A stretch of DNA of 64,000 bases from contig JAGPUQ010000024.1 in the NCBI GenBank assembly GCA_018069525.1, positions 13,748 to 77,747 of the forward strand, given 5' to 3'. Each line of letters begins with the position of its first letter. Within the stretch, counting starts at the first letter, position 1. This DNA is from Porticoccaceae bacterium (GTDB lineage: Bacteria; Pseudomonadota; Gammaproteobacteria; Pseudomonadales; Porticoccaceae). The notes under the pieces were generated by a model. That model saw only the letters and a list, made by a program, of their open reading frames with translations, searched no databases and was not told the DNA's origin. The position numbers were made by a program, and so were the translations under genes. Below are positions 18,530-27,825 of the stretch, piece by piece.

Positions 18530-18796
18530 AATGAAAGCTCCTCATTGATCACAGGGTAGGCCCCTGTAGTTTAGTTATATTGGTCGGACTGACACCTTTG
18601 GTATAGGCCAACGCCAAAGTAAAGTGCCTTGCCTGTAATTTGTTATCAGGTCAGTGGATCGATGATCTACGTGACGGAGGCTATTCTGAGTAAAATCCAG
18701 ACAAAAATCTACCCTCTGGTAACATTTAATTTACGGTGGGTAACCCGCAGGCGGGGTTAGCGGTTTCGTGGAGGGGAAGTTAGGAGTGGGGAATAC

Positions 18797-19882
18797 CTAG
18801 CGCGCCGCCGCAATCCCCAGGCCCACTGGCACCCCGTCTTCGATTTGATCCAGATATTCAGACAGGCCGTAGCCGGTTTTGCCCTTGCAGCGATATTCGG
18901 TCATGGCTTCGGTGATACGGGTATTTAACTGCGTTCCATCCTCTGCCTTGCGGCGATTTCGTAGAGGAATCAAGGAGATAACCTTCCCGGTAAACTCAAA
19001 TTCTTCGCCGCGTTCGGTTTTGCACCAGGCTGTCATACCGGTTTGGTAATGATTCTCATCCCACTGGGAATCGACTCGGGCATCCACAATTAAATCATAG
19101 CGACCTTCGGTAAAGACCATGCCGCCGCAATCAAAGCTGCCATCGCGCATGCCCATGGTCATGATCATCGCCCCTAAATTCGGGCCCAGTGAAATCGGCA
19201 GCCAGCGATACCAGTAGATATTCTGCCAGTAGCGCGGGCCCCAACTGTGGTCGCGCAGACCGTAACCGTCAATCTGCCATTTTTCCTTGCCGACACGAAT
19301 AGAGCCGCTGGCCGAGACATGCTGCTCGAAGTGGGCTCGGGCCATGGCAATCGTGGTATCCAGCTGGAGAGGAGAGCCATCGGCGTTTAAATGTTCGCCG
19401 CCGTACATAGGCGACAGGCCACGGTAGTCGAGGTCGATATTACAATCTTCGAGACTATTATTCTTAAAGGCTTTACCGGGATCGATCATCTCGTGGGGAT
19501 TATCCAGCACCAGGATTTTCCCGCTGTAGCTCACCTTTTGTTGTTTAAAAGGTTCGATAATTTTAAATTCGGCACCACCGGCCCTGAGCACTTCGTTCGT
19601 GTCGATCTCGGAGCGATGAAAGATAAACCCGACTCGGCCACCGGGCAGATAAAGGCAGATAGACACTTCTGCGTAACCCTCGTTTACCCGGTTGCCGATG
19701 CGTAGCCAGCCGCCGACCTGTTGCTTACCGTCGTAAATATTGTAGTAGGCGCTCTCGTTGAAATTGGCTACCGGCTCTGGGGCGTGGTTGTATTCATCCT
19801 CGGGATCGAGTCGCACATTGTTACCGGGCTTGGTGATAAATACGTGTTTTGAGGGTAGGTATTTTGGGGATAGGTTTGTCAT
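18797..19882 (-). CDS. conserved hypothetical protein (RDHSWGPRYW-motif family), paralogue 1
   Basis: I trimmed the start to ATG 19882 (MTNLSPKY...), which has GAGGAAG 6 nt upstream. It shares NFNES.Y...GGW.R.GNR.NEG.AE.S.C.YLP.GRV and G.G.RDHSWGPRYW with 20085..21089. Confidence 0.6.
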   Translation of the reverse strand: MTNLSPKYLPSKHVFITKPGNNVRLDPEDEYNHAPEPVANFNESAYYNIYDGKQQVGGWLRIGNRVNEGYAEVSICLYLPGGRVGFIFHRSEIDTNEVLRAGGAEFKIIEPFKQQKVSYSGKILVLDNPHEMIDPGKAFKNNSLEDCNIDLDYRGLSPMYGGEHLNADGSPLQLDTTIAMARAHFEQHVSASGSIRVGKEKWQIDGYGLRDHSWGPRYWQNIYWYRWLPISLGPNLGAMIMTMGMRDGSFDCGGMVFTEGRYDLIVDARVDSQWDENHYQTGMTAWCKTERGEEFEFTGKVISLIPLRNRRKAEDGTQLNTRITEAMTEYRCKGKTGYGLSEYLDQIEDGVPVGLGIAAAR

Positions 19883-20084
19883 GGTTGGCTTCCTCGTATC
19901 AACAGTTCGCACCAGGCGTTTTATACCGATGTGTTTTAGAAACAGGTCGGCAGTAAGCATAGGCTTCGAATTTTCTAGACGCAATTACCAAAGGGAAATA
20001 AAACTTACCCGGCGTTTGCCTCAATAAGCGGATCGGTTATAGTTCGTCGTCTTCCGCTAGGCATTTATATGTTGGGGACATGCA

Positions 20085-21089
20085 ATGACAGCAATTAGGC
20101 TCGATCCAATCGACGAATACGGCCACGCGCCGAGTGAAGATAGTAACTTTAACGAGAGCGTGTATTCCAGCGGCTGGGATCCAAGGGCCAGGCTGGGCGG
20201 CTGGATGCGTCTGGGTAATCGGATCAACGAAGGTCACGCTGAATTATCGGTGTGCATGTATTTGCCCGATGGCCGAGTAGCCTGTCAATTCTTACGCCCC
20301 GAAATTGATACTAATGACAAGCACTCCGCCGGGGGGCTTGATTATCAGGTGGTCGAGCCTTTTAAGGCCGTCAACATGCACTATCACGGTGAATTGATGG
20401 TGCTCGACGATCCCCAACTGCTGCGCAATCCCGGTAAACTCTTTAAAACCGCACCTCGGGTTGATGGCGAGGTGATTTTTAATCACACCGGAGTGTCCCC
20501 CATGCACGGCGGCGAGCCGATGGAGCCGGAGCTGGAGACCATGTACGGGCGGGATTTTTCCCTCGGCCACTTTAATCAACATATACGAACCACCGGCAGT
20601 TTGCGGGTCGGCGATGAGTCCTGGAATATCGATGGCTTTGGTTGGCGCGACCACTCCTGGGGTCCGCGCTACTGGACTAATATTAATTTCTACCGTTTGT
20701 TTGTCGCCAACTTTGGCGCGGATCGCGGCTTTATGGTGTTGAAACGCACCGATCGACAAAACCGCGTGCATCGCAAGGGCGTACTGTTATTCGATGGTGA
20801 TTACGAAGAAGTGATTGATATCGATGTGATGACGGAGTGGACGGAATCGAAAGACCCAGCCGCTGTGACCATTGGTGTGCGTACCGAAAAACGTGCAGTG
20901 CGGATTGAAGGAAAAATTATCACCATGGCTCCGTTAAGCAATCGCCGCCAGGTCGGTGATGAAACCTTGAGCTGCCGTATTGCCGAGGGTTTTACCCAGT
21001 GGCGTTGGGACGATGGTCGGGAAGGTCTGGGCATTACCGAGTACATCGAATTTTTGGAAGACGGTGAACCGGTGGGTTATCCACTTTGA
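20085..21089 (+). CDS. conserved hypothetical protein (RDHSWGPRYW-motif family), paralogue 2
   Basis: 334 aa, divergently transcribed from paralogue 1. It is the first gene of the plus-strand operon 20085-26679. Confidence 0.6.
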   Translation: MTAIRLDPIDEYGHAPSEDSNFNESVYSSGWDPRARLGGWMRLGNRINEGHAELSVCMYLPDGRVACQFLRPEIDTNDKHSAGGLDYQVVEPFKAVNMHYHGELMVLDDPQLLRNPGKLFKTAPRVDGEVIFNHTGVSPMHGGEPMEPELETMYGRDFSLGHFNQHIRTTGSLRVGDESWNIDGFGWRDHSWGPRYWTNINFYRLFVANFGADRGFMVLKRTDRQNRVHRKGVLLFDGDYEEVIDIDVMTEWTESKDPAAVTIGVRTEKRAVRIEGKIITMAPLSNRRQVGDETLSCRIAEGFTQWRWDDGREGLGITEYIEFLEDGEPVGYPL

Positions 21090-21126
21090 TTTGAGTATGG
21101 GTGTTAGTTGTGGAAAAGAGCAGTAA

Positions 21127-22149
21127 ATGTCAGTAGTCGAGTCTCCCGTTACCGATTCTTTAGAGGGCATTATCGTTAGGCTTGAGGCTGCGGTACGCCG
21201 TCGGTTTGGCGGCGATGCCAGTATTGTCAACGTGGACGTCGCAACGTTGGGGGCGTCTAACCGAACTTTATTATTTGATTTGCTCGACGGTAATACCACA
21301 AGGCGGCTGGTACTGCGCCAGGAAACCTATCGCTCGCCGGTGTCGCCATTTCTGTCACCCCACGATCAATATCGCATTCACCAGGTAGTGCATAGCCACG
21401 GGCTGGCTATTCCCGAACCGATCTTCGAATTAGACGAAACCGACGATCTGGATCGGGGCTTTGTAGTGGCTTGCATTGACGGTGAAACCCTGCCCAAAAC
21501 TTTATTGGGCGATCCCGCATTCGCCTCGGCGCGATCTTGCTTTGCCACCCAGAGTGGCGAATTTTTTGCCCGCCTGCACGCTATCCCGGTCGCTGAGCTG
21601 CCCTTTCTGGCAGACTCCGCGGATAGTATCGATCCCCTGAATGCGCAGCGGCAGCGCTACGATAGCTACCAGGAATCCCACCCCGGCATCGAGGTGGGAT
21701 TGCGTTGGCTAGAAAATAATCGCCCTCAGGAGCGCGCGCCGAAATTGATTCACGGCGACTATCGCGTGGGCAATTTGTTGCTCAATCATCAGGGCATTAC
21801 CGGCGTACTGGATTGGGAATGTGCTCACCAGGGTAATGCCATGGAGGACATAGGCTGGTTATGTTTACGATCCTGGCGTTTTGGTCGTATCGATAAACCC
21901 GTCGGCGGTATGGGGCCGCGTAGCGAACTCTATGCCGCTTACTCAGCCAACGGCGGCGAGACGGTAGATCCGGAAGAGGTTAGGTGGTGGGAAATTTTTG
22001 CCTCGCTGAAATGGGCGATATTAAATATCATGCAGGCCGATGGTCACGTGCGCGGGGAGCGACGCTCGCTACCCTTTGCCTGCTGCGGACGTAACGCCGC
22101 TATGATTGAGTACGATATGTTGATGACCATTAGTGGGCGTTTCCAGTGA
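21127..22149 (+). CDS. APH-fold phosphotransferase (LvaA / ACAD10-11 kinase-domain-like)
   Basis: Brenner motif LIHGDYRVGNLL followed by VLDWECAHQGNAMEDIG. 340 aa. Confidence 0.75.
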   Translation: MSVVESPVTDSLEGIIVRLEAAVRRRFGGDASIVNVDVATLGASNRTLLFDLLDGNTTRRLVLRQETYRSPVSPFLSPHDQYRIHQVVHSHGLAIPEPIFELDETDDLDRGFVVACIDGETLPKTLLGDPAFASARSCFATQSGEFFARLHAIPVAELPFLADSADSIDPLNAQRQRYDSYQESHPGIEVGLRWLENNRPQERAPKLIHGDYRVGNLLLNHQGITGVLDWECAHQGNAMEDIGWLCLRSWRFGRIDKPVGGMGPRSELYAAYSANGGETVDPEEVRWWEIFASLKWAILNIMQADGHVRGERRSLPFACCGRNAAMIEYDMLMTISGRFQ

Positions 22150-22159
22150 GTATTTGTTT

Positions 22160-22561
22160 ATGAGCCACGATCGCCCGGACATCCCGGAAATATTGGCTAC
22201 ACTGAAGGAGTTTACCCGTGGAGTCGCCGATAAAGCTCGGGGCAGCGAACGCTACGACGCTTTGTGCGCCGGGTTTTTAGTCGATGTGGTTAAGCGCGAG
22301 TTGGTCTGTGTCGAAGCTCAGGATAAAAGTCAGGCACAGCGCCTGACGGCGATCACTGGGCAGTCGGGCGAACTCGAACAGCTCTATGAGGCCTTCTGTC
22401 AAAACGTGCGCGGCGGTCGTCTCGACCAACAATGGGACGAGGTCTTTGATTTTGCCCTGCAACAGGTGATTGATAAAGTTGCGGTGACTAAGCCCGATTA
22501 TTTGGCGCCAGAGCATCAAGCTGATGCGCTGACTGGGAATGTAAAAAAACAGCTTGAATAA
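22160..22561 (+). CDS. small partner protein of the APH-type kinase (LvaB-like position)
   Basis: 133 aa from ATG 22160, 11 nt after the kinase stop. No motif is recognisable. The assignment rests on size and position only. Confidence 0.4.
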   Translation: MSHDRPDIPEILATLKEFTRGVADKARGSERYDALCAGFLVDVVKRELVCVEAQDKSQAQRLTAITGQSGELEQLYEAFCQNVRGGRLDQQWDEVFDFALQQVIDKVAVTKPDYLAPEHQADALTGNVKKQLE

Positions 22562-22617
22562 AAACGGGACTAATTTTTTAAACTAAAATTCTTTTTAATT
22601 AAAAATAGGAGCAGGTA

Positions 22618-23382
22618 ATGGTTGGAAGAGTAGAAGGTAAGGTGGCGGTAGTCACCGGTGCTGGCGGCGGTATTGGTCGCGCAGCCAGTGAAATATTTGG
22701 GCGGGAGGGTGCTAGTGTCGTCATTGCCGATATTAACGTGACAAGCGGCGAAGAAACCGCGCATTTAGTAGAGAAAGCGGGAGGCAAAGCGATTTTTCTA
22801 AAATGCGATGTTTCCAAAGCCGAAGATGCCGAAGCCTTAACCAGGGCCGCAGTGGTTAATTTTGGCGGCCTGCACTGCGCTTTTAATAATGCGGGGGTGG
22901 AGGGCGAATACGCCAGAATAGCCGACGCCACCGAAGAAAATTTTATGCTCAACTATCAGGTCAATATGCTCGGCGTATTTTTGTGCATGAAATATCAAAT
23001 TCGACAAATGCTCACCCAAAGCGAAGGCGGAGCGATTGTAAATACCGCATCCGATGCGGGCTTAGTTGGTGTTAAAAATCTCGGTCAATATTCGGCTTCC
23101 AAGCACGCGGTGATCGGTCTAACTAAATCTGCAGCACTGGATTACGCGACTAAACATATCCGCGTCAATGCGGTGTGCCCGGGTCCGATCCGCACGCCGA
23201 TGCTGGAGCGGATTTTCGAAGAAAATCCCAGAATTGGTGAAGCCATGATCGCAGCGCAGCCCATTAAGCGCCTGGGTGAACCCCATGAAATCGGCGACGC
23301 AGCGGTGTATTTGTGCTCCGATGCCGCATCGTACATAACCGGTCACGCGATGCCGGTGGACGGCGGTTATATGGCTACCTAA
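22618..23382 (+). CDS. SDR-family oxidoreductase (classical; glucose-1-dehydrogenase-like)
   Basis: TGAGGGIGRA, NNAGV, YSASKHA. An AGGAG RBS lies 6 nt upstream. Confidence 0.85.
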   Translation: MVGRVEGKVAVVTGAGGGIGRAASEIFGREGASVVIADINVTSGEETAHLVEKAGGKAIFLKCDVSKAEDAEALTRAAVVNFGGLHCAFNNAGVEGEYARIADATEENFMLNYQVNMLGVFLCMKYQIRQMLTQSEGGAIVNTASDAGLVGVKNLGQYSASKHAVIGLTKSAALDYATKHIRVNAVCPGPIRTPMLERIFEENPRIGEAMIAAQPIKRLGEPHEIGDAAVYLCSDAASYITGHAMPVDGGYMAT

Positions 23383-23430
23383 ATAGCTACCTGGATAGTT
23401 AGGTAATCAGCCACGTAACTAGCCAAAAAA
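23371..23430 (+). repeat. 12-bp x5 degenerate tandem repeat starting with the last 3 codons + stop of the SDR gene
   Basis: atggctacctaa / atagctacctgg / atagttaggtaa / tcagccacgtaa / ctagccaaaaaa. Confidence 0.75.
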
Positions 23431-23473
23431 ATTAAGATATAAATTTTAAGTTTTCATTTAAAGGAGTTAAACA

Positions 23474-24577
23474 ATGCGCATTCAAGCCGCAGTATTGCGG
23501 GAGTTAGGCCAGGCCTTCGAAATCGAAGAGCTGGAGCTGGCCCCGCCAAAAGCAAACGAGGTACTGGTACGTACGGTTGCCAGTGGTATTTGCCACAGTG
23601 ATTATTCCGTTGTCCACGGGGTGTTGCGTTCACCTTTGCCGGTGGTGTTGGGCCACGAAGGTGCGGGTATTATTGAGGAAGTCGGCCCCGGTGTGACGCA
23701 CCTTAAACCCGGTGACAAAGTGATTGCTTCGCTGACGCCCAGCTGTGGCCAGTGCACTATGTGTAAAGAGTTGAAACCGTTTATGTGTTCGCAAATGGGT
23801 AAGTTGCTTACTGACTGCACTCAGCTGGATGGTACGACTCGCCACAAAACCCTGGGTGGTGAAGATGTTTACGCCTTGTGTGGCGTTGGTTCCTTCGGTT
23901 CTCATATGGTGATGCCCGCCGGTAGTGCCATTAAAGTCCCTGAGGATACTCCGCTCGAAACCACTTGCCTGATTGGCTGTGGCGTCACCACCGGTACTGG
24001 TGCCGCGCTCAATACCGCGAATGTACAACCCGGAGAAGCGACTGCGGTGATTGGTTGTGGCGGCGTGGGCCTGTCGATTATTCAGGGTTGCCGCATTGGT
24101 GGTGCGACTATCATTATTGCCATTGACCCGATGGAAGAAAAGCGCGATCTGGCGATGGATATGGGCGCTACGCACACCATTAACCCCTTTGAAGAAGACC
24201 CCATTGCCCGGGTGAAAGAAATTACCGGTGGTATCGGTGTTCACTACGCCTTTGAAGCGCTAGGGAGGGTGGAAACCATGGAGCAGACCTGGGGCATGAT
24301 CCGTCCTACCGGCACGGCAGTGATTGTCGGTGTCGCGTCATTAGATCAATCGGTAAAAATTCCGGCAGCGGGTTTGTTGGCGGAGTACGAAATCCAGGGT
24401 TCCTGCTACGGTTCGTCGACCCCGAAAAAAGATATCCCCCGATTTGTTGAGCTGTATAAATCCGGTGAATTAAAGCTGGACGAAATGATTACTCAGCGCA
24501 TCGAATTAAAAGAGATTAACCGTGCCTTTGACGAAATGGGTCGCGGTGAAGGTGCGCGTTCGGTCATTATGTATTAA
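23474..24577 (+). CDS. Zn-dependent alcohol dehydrogenase (MDR family)
   Basis: GICHSD, GHEGAG, the structural-Zn cysteine cluster (CGQCTMCK..C) and GCGGVGLS. Confidence 0.85.
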   Translation: MRIQAAVLRELGQAFEIEELELAPPKANEVLVRTVASGICHSDYSVVHGVLRSPLPVVLGHEGAGIIEEVGPGVTHLKPGDKVIASLTPSCGQCTMCKELKPFMCSQMGKLLTDCTQLDGTTRHKTLGGEDVYALCGVGSFGSHMVMPAGSAIKVPEDTPLETTCLIGCGVTTGTGAALNTANVQPGEATAVIGCGGVGLSIIQGCRIGGATIIIAIDPMEEKRDLAMDMGATHTINPFEEDPIARVKEITGGIGVHYAFEALGRVETMEQTWGMIRPTGTAVIVGVASLDQSVKIPAAGLLAEYEIQGSCYGSSTPKKDIPRFVELYKSGELKLDEMITQRIELKEINRAFDEMGRGEGARSVIMY

Positions 24578-24672
24578 TAAAAATGTCTGGCCGAATACAA
24601 AAAAATATTCCCGATTAAATAGTTATCAATTTAATGATTGTTGTCGGTGAAAAAACCGATCAGGAGAAAAAC

Positions 24673-25776
24673 ATGAAAACTAAAGCCGCAGTGCTTTATG
24701 AAATAGGCGGACCGCTCGTTATTGAAGAATTGGAGTTGTCGCCACCACAGGCAGGGGAAGTGCTGATTAAGTATGCTGCCAGCGGTATTTGCCACAGCGA
24801 TGTGTCGTTCCGGGACGGCGTACTGGAAACCGCGCTGCCCGCTGTGCTCGGTCACGAAGGTTCCGGCGTGATTGAAGCGGTAGGAGATGGCGTTACTAAT
24901 GTTAAGGTCGGCGATCACGTGATTGTTTCGCTGACACCGCAGTGTGGCGAATGTTTATTTTGCAAAGAAGGTAAGCCCTTCTTGTGTGCGCAAATGGGCG
25001 AGGTTATCTGGAAGGCGTCTTTACTCGATGGCTCCAAGCGGCTTAAAAATGCGAAAGGCGATGAAATTGGCCAGCTAGTGTGTGTGGGCACTTTCGCCGA
25101 GCGTGCGGTGATTCCCGCAGGCATGGCCTCAAAAATTAATCCTGATGCGCCACTGGAAACGGTTTGTTTGATTGGTTGTGGGGTAACCACCGGCGTGGGC
25201 GCGGCCCTCAATACCGTGAAAATGGAAGTCGGTGATAGCTGTGCGGTGATTGGTTGCGGCGGCGTCGGTTTGTCTGTTATTCAGGGCGCCCGCATTGCCG
25301 GTGCAGGTACGATTATTGCGATTGATCCGGTGCCACAAAAGCGCGAGCTAGCCTTATCCCTGGGCGCCACTCACGCCATCGATCCAATGGTTGGTAATGT
25401 CGTTAAGGAAGTGAAAAAAATTCAACGAGGTGGGGTTCATTACGCCTTTGAAGCCCTGGGTCGCAAAGACACCATCGAGCAGGCCTGGTCTATGGCTCGC
25501 GCTACGGGTACCGCAGTCATTGTCGGCGTGCCATCTCCCGATACGGTGTTGGAATTACCCGTGTTAGGGTTCTTTGGTGAGAAGCATTTCAAGGGTTCTG
25601 CCTACGGGACCACTCTGCCATCCCGCGATATTCCCAAATTTGTTGATCTGTATATGAAAGGCGATTTGCGGCTTGACGATATGATCACCAGCCACATTAC
25701 GCTCGAGGATATCAATGATGCTATGGCTGAAATGACTCGTGGAGAAGGTGTGCGTACGGTGATTAAATACGATTAA
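24673..25776 (+). CDS. Zn-dependent alcohol dehydrogenase (MDR family), paralogue
   Basis: Same motifs (GICHSD, GHEGSG, CGECLFCK, GCGGVGLS). I moved the start to ATG 24673, which is preceded by AGGAGA. Confidence 0.85.
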   Translation: MKTKAAVLYEIGGPLVIEELELSPPQAGEVLIKYAASGICHSDVSFRDGVLETALPAVLGHEGSGVIEAVGDGVTNVKVGDHVIVSLTPQCGECLFCKEGKPFLCAQMGEVIWKASLLDGSKRLKNAKGDEIGQLVCVGTFAERAVIPAGMASKINPDAPLETVCLIGCGVTTGVGAALNTVKMEVGDSCAVIGCGGVGLSVIQGARIAGAGTIIAIDPVPQKRELALSLGATHAIDPMVGNVVKEVKKIQRGGVHYAFEALGRKDTIEQAWSMARATGTAVIVGVPSPDTVLELPVLGFFGEKHFKGSAYGTTLPSRDIPKFVDLYMKGDLRLDDMITSHITLEDINDAMAEMTRGEGVRTVIKYD

Positions 25777-25827
25777 TTATTACGTCAGTGTTTATTGAAA
25801 CAAACAGATAACCAAGGAGATATAACA

Positions 25828-26679
25828 ATGCAAGAATTAACAACAAGCCCCTTTGTCGACGACTTTGTGTTTCTTGAAAGCCCACGCTGGCACGATGGCA
25901 AGCTTTGGGTATCCGATATGTTCGGCTGTGCGGTTTACACCATTGCCGCCGATGGCAGCAGAACAGAAGTTGCCAAATTCCCCGAGCGACCTTCGGGCAT
26001 TAACTTTATGCCGGACGGCTCCGTGGTGATCGTGTCTATGGCCGATCGTAAGCTAATGAAAGTAGAAAACGGTCAGTTGAGTGAATATGCAGATCTTTCC
26101 GCTATGCTGGCCTACGACATTAATGACTGCGTCTGCGACGCTAAGGGTAATATTTATGTTGGCACCTTTGGTTACGATGTGTTCGCCCATCAGGAACCAC
26201 AGCCAGCAACGCTGACCGTGGTAAAACCCGATGGCAGTATTACTACGGTGGCTGACGATATACATTTCCCCAACGGTTGTGTGATTGCCAACAATGGTAA
26301 AACCCTGGTGGTTGCTGAAACGTTTGTCTGTAGGCTAACGGCCTTTGATATTGAGTCCGACGGTTCATTATCCAATCGACGAGTATTTGCCGATATGGGC
26401 GAGCGTACTCCCGATGGTATTTGTCTCGATGCGGATGGAGCCATCTGGGTGGCCTGTTTTGAGCAGGGCGAATTTGTTCGTGTGCTCGACGGCGGTGAAA
26501 TCACTCATCGTGTTGACGTGGGTGATCGTCGTGCGGTTGCCTGTAACCTGGGTGGCGATGATGGCAAGACACTGTATTGCCTGATTTACGATGGTAGCCT
26601 GGAAGACATCCCTCTGGGTAAGCGCAATGCCTTGATTGAAACCGCCCGGGTGGATGTTGCCGGTGCGGGTTCACCCTAA
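25828..26679 (+). CDS. SMP-30/gluconolactonase/LRE-family lactonase
   Basis: ESPRWHDGKLWVSD...PDG...FPNG...PDGICLDADGAIWVA matches the beta-propeller lactonase pattern. I moved the start to ATG 25828, which is preceded by GGAG. Confidence 0.75.
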   Translation: MQELTTSPFVDDFVFLESPRWHDGKLWVSDMFGCAVYTIAADGSRTEVAKFPERPSGINFMPDGSVVIVSMADRKLMKVENGQLSEYADLSAMLAYDINDCVCDAKGNIYVGTFGYDVFAHQEPQPATLTVVKPDGSITTVADDIHFPNGCVIANNGKTLVVAETFVCRLTAFDIESDGSLSNRRVFADMGERTPDGICLDADGAIWVACFEQGEFVRVLDGGEITHRVDVGDRRAVACNLGGDDGKTLYCLIYDGSLEDIPLGKRNALIETARVDVAGAGSP

Positions 26680-26713
26680 AAGGCGACTTAAATTTGCTAG
26701 AATGGAGTTAATG

Positions 26714-26741
26714 AAACGGAGCCGGGTGCTCCGTTTTTTTA
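26714..26741 (+). terminator. Rho-independent terminator of the 20085-26679 operon
   Basis: ACGGAGC-cgggt-GCTCCGT followed by TTTTTTT. Confidence 0.85.
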
Positions 26742-26773
26742 CCCTGTTGCCTAATCAGAGTAAGAGATACGCA

Positions 26774-27022
26774 GTGACTGAGAGAGAAGAGCACAGGCAG
26801 GTTAACGAAGTCGTCGATACTTCCGGCCTGCGCTGCCCGGAGCCAGTGATGATGTTGCACAACGTTATTAGGAAAGTTGCCGCGGGAGATATTATAAAAG
26901 TGATTGCAACGGACCCCTCGACGCAGCGAGATATTCCCAAGTTTTGCCGTTATCTGGGTCACGAGCTATTGGAAGAGATAGTCACCGAGGACAGCTATCT
27001 TTACTTTATTCGTCGAGCCTAA
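26774..27022 (+). CDS. tusA: sulfurtransferase TusA-family protein
   Basis: DTSGLRCPEPVMMLHNVIRKV..GDIIKVIATDPSTQRDIPKFC matches the TusA/SirA motif. The track ORF starts at 26636, but that start would span the terminator. I placed the start at in-frame GTG 26774 (83 aa); the start is uncertain. Confidence 0.8.
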   Translation: MTEREEHRQVNEVVDTSGLRCPEPVMMLHNVIRKVAAGDIIKVIATDPSTQRDIPKFCRYLGHELLEEIVTEDSYLYFIRRA

Positions 27023-27825
27023 ATATTGGCGAGTTCTTTTAAGCCATCCATGTCAAGAATTTCAATTTCTTTTTTATCGACCTGGAGCAGTTGCTGTTTC
27101 TGAAAGCGACTGAATACTCGGCTCACGGTTTCAACCGTTAGACCCATATAATTACCGATATCCGCGCGGGACATTGGCAGACGGAAACGCTGTTCGGATA
27201 GATTGCGTTTAGCGTTGCGAGCGGAAATGCTGATCAACAAAGTGGCGACACGCTCGTCGGCGCTGTTTTTGCTTAACAAAGTGGCGAGATGTTGGTCGTT
27301 AGTAATTTCCTGACTCATTAATTTAAAGAAGTGCCGTTGCAAGGAAGGCAGGGTAATACTCAGTTCCTCGAGGCGGTGAAACGGAATTTCACACACGGAG
27401 GAAGTTTCCAGCGACACCGCCGAGCTGATGTGGTCGGTGTGAGCGATGCCGTCCATACCAAATACTTCGCCCGGCAAATAAAAACCGGTAACCTGTTCTA
27501 CGCCTTCGTCGTCAGCGGTAAAGGCTTTAATGGCGCCGCTGCGAACCGCAAAAATGGAATGAAATTTATCGCCCGAGCGGTAAATGTACTCGTCTTTTTG
27601 AAAGGGGCGGCCACGCTGCACGATTTTATCGAGCTTTTCGACATCTTCAATTTCCAGTGCCAGGGGCAAACACAAGCTTTTCATGCGGCAATCACCGCAA
27701 CTCATGGCCTGATTGTGGGGACAGGATTGATTACTCATGGCAGTCATCTTGGTTGATGCGAAGGACAGACTGCCGGATTGCAGTGGCTGCGGCTTAACGT
27801 GCGGTTTAACAATGGATAAGCCCAT
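27019..27825 (-). CDS. fnr: FNR/ANR-type oxygen-sensing Crp-family transcriptional regulator
   Basis: N-terminal Cys cluster (C-x7-C-x2-C-x5-C: SCPHNQAMSCGDCRMKSLC) plus an internal Cys (SSVCEIPF). The C-terminal HTH is RADIGNYMGLTVETVSRVFSRF. The start is either 27825 (TAATG overlap with the upstream gene) or 27747 (MTAMSNQ, a more typical length). Confidence 0.9.
   Translation of the reverse strand: MGLSIVKPHVKPQPLQSGSLSFASTKMTAMSNQSCPHNQAMSCGDCRMKSLCLPLALEIEDVEKLDKIVQRGRPFQKDEYIYRSGDKFHSIFAVRSGAIKAFTADDEGVEQVTGFYLPGEVFGMDGIAHTDHISSAVSLETSSVCEIPFHRLEELSITLPSLQRHFFKLMSQEITNDQHLATLLSKNSADERVATLLISISARNAKRNLSEQRFRLPMSRADIGNYMGLTVETVSRVFSRFQKQQLLQVDKKEIEILDMDGLKELANI

Noticed and set aside
27753-27766. 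FNR half-site-like TTGAT-gcga-AGGAC near the fnr start (autoregulation box)
   Set aside because: Only 7/10 positions match, with a poor second half-site. It lies either 6 nt from the short start or inside the coding region if the long start is used, so it cannot be a promoter element.
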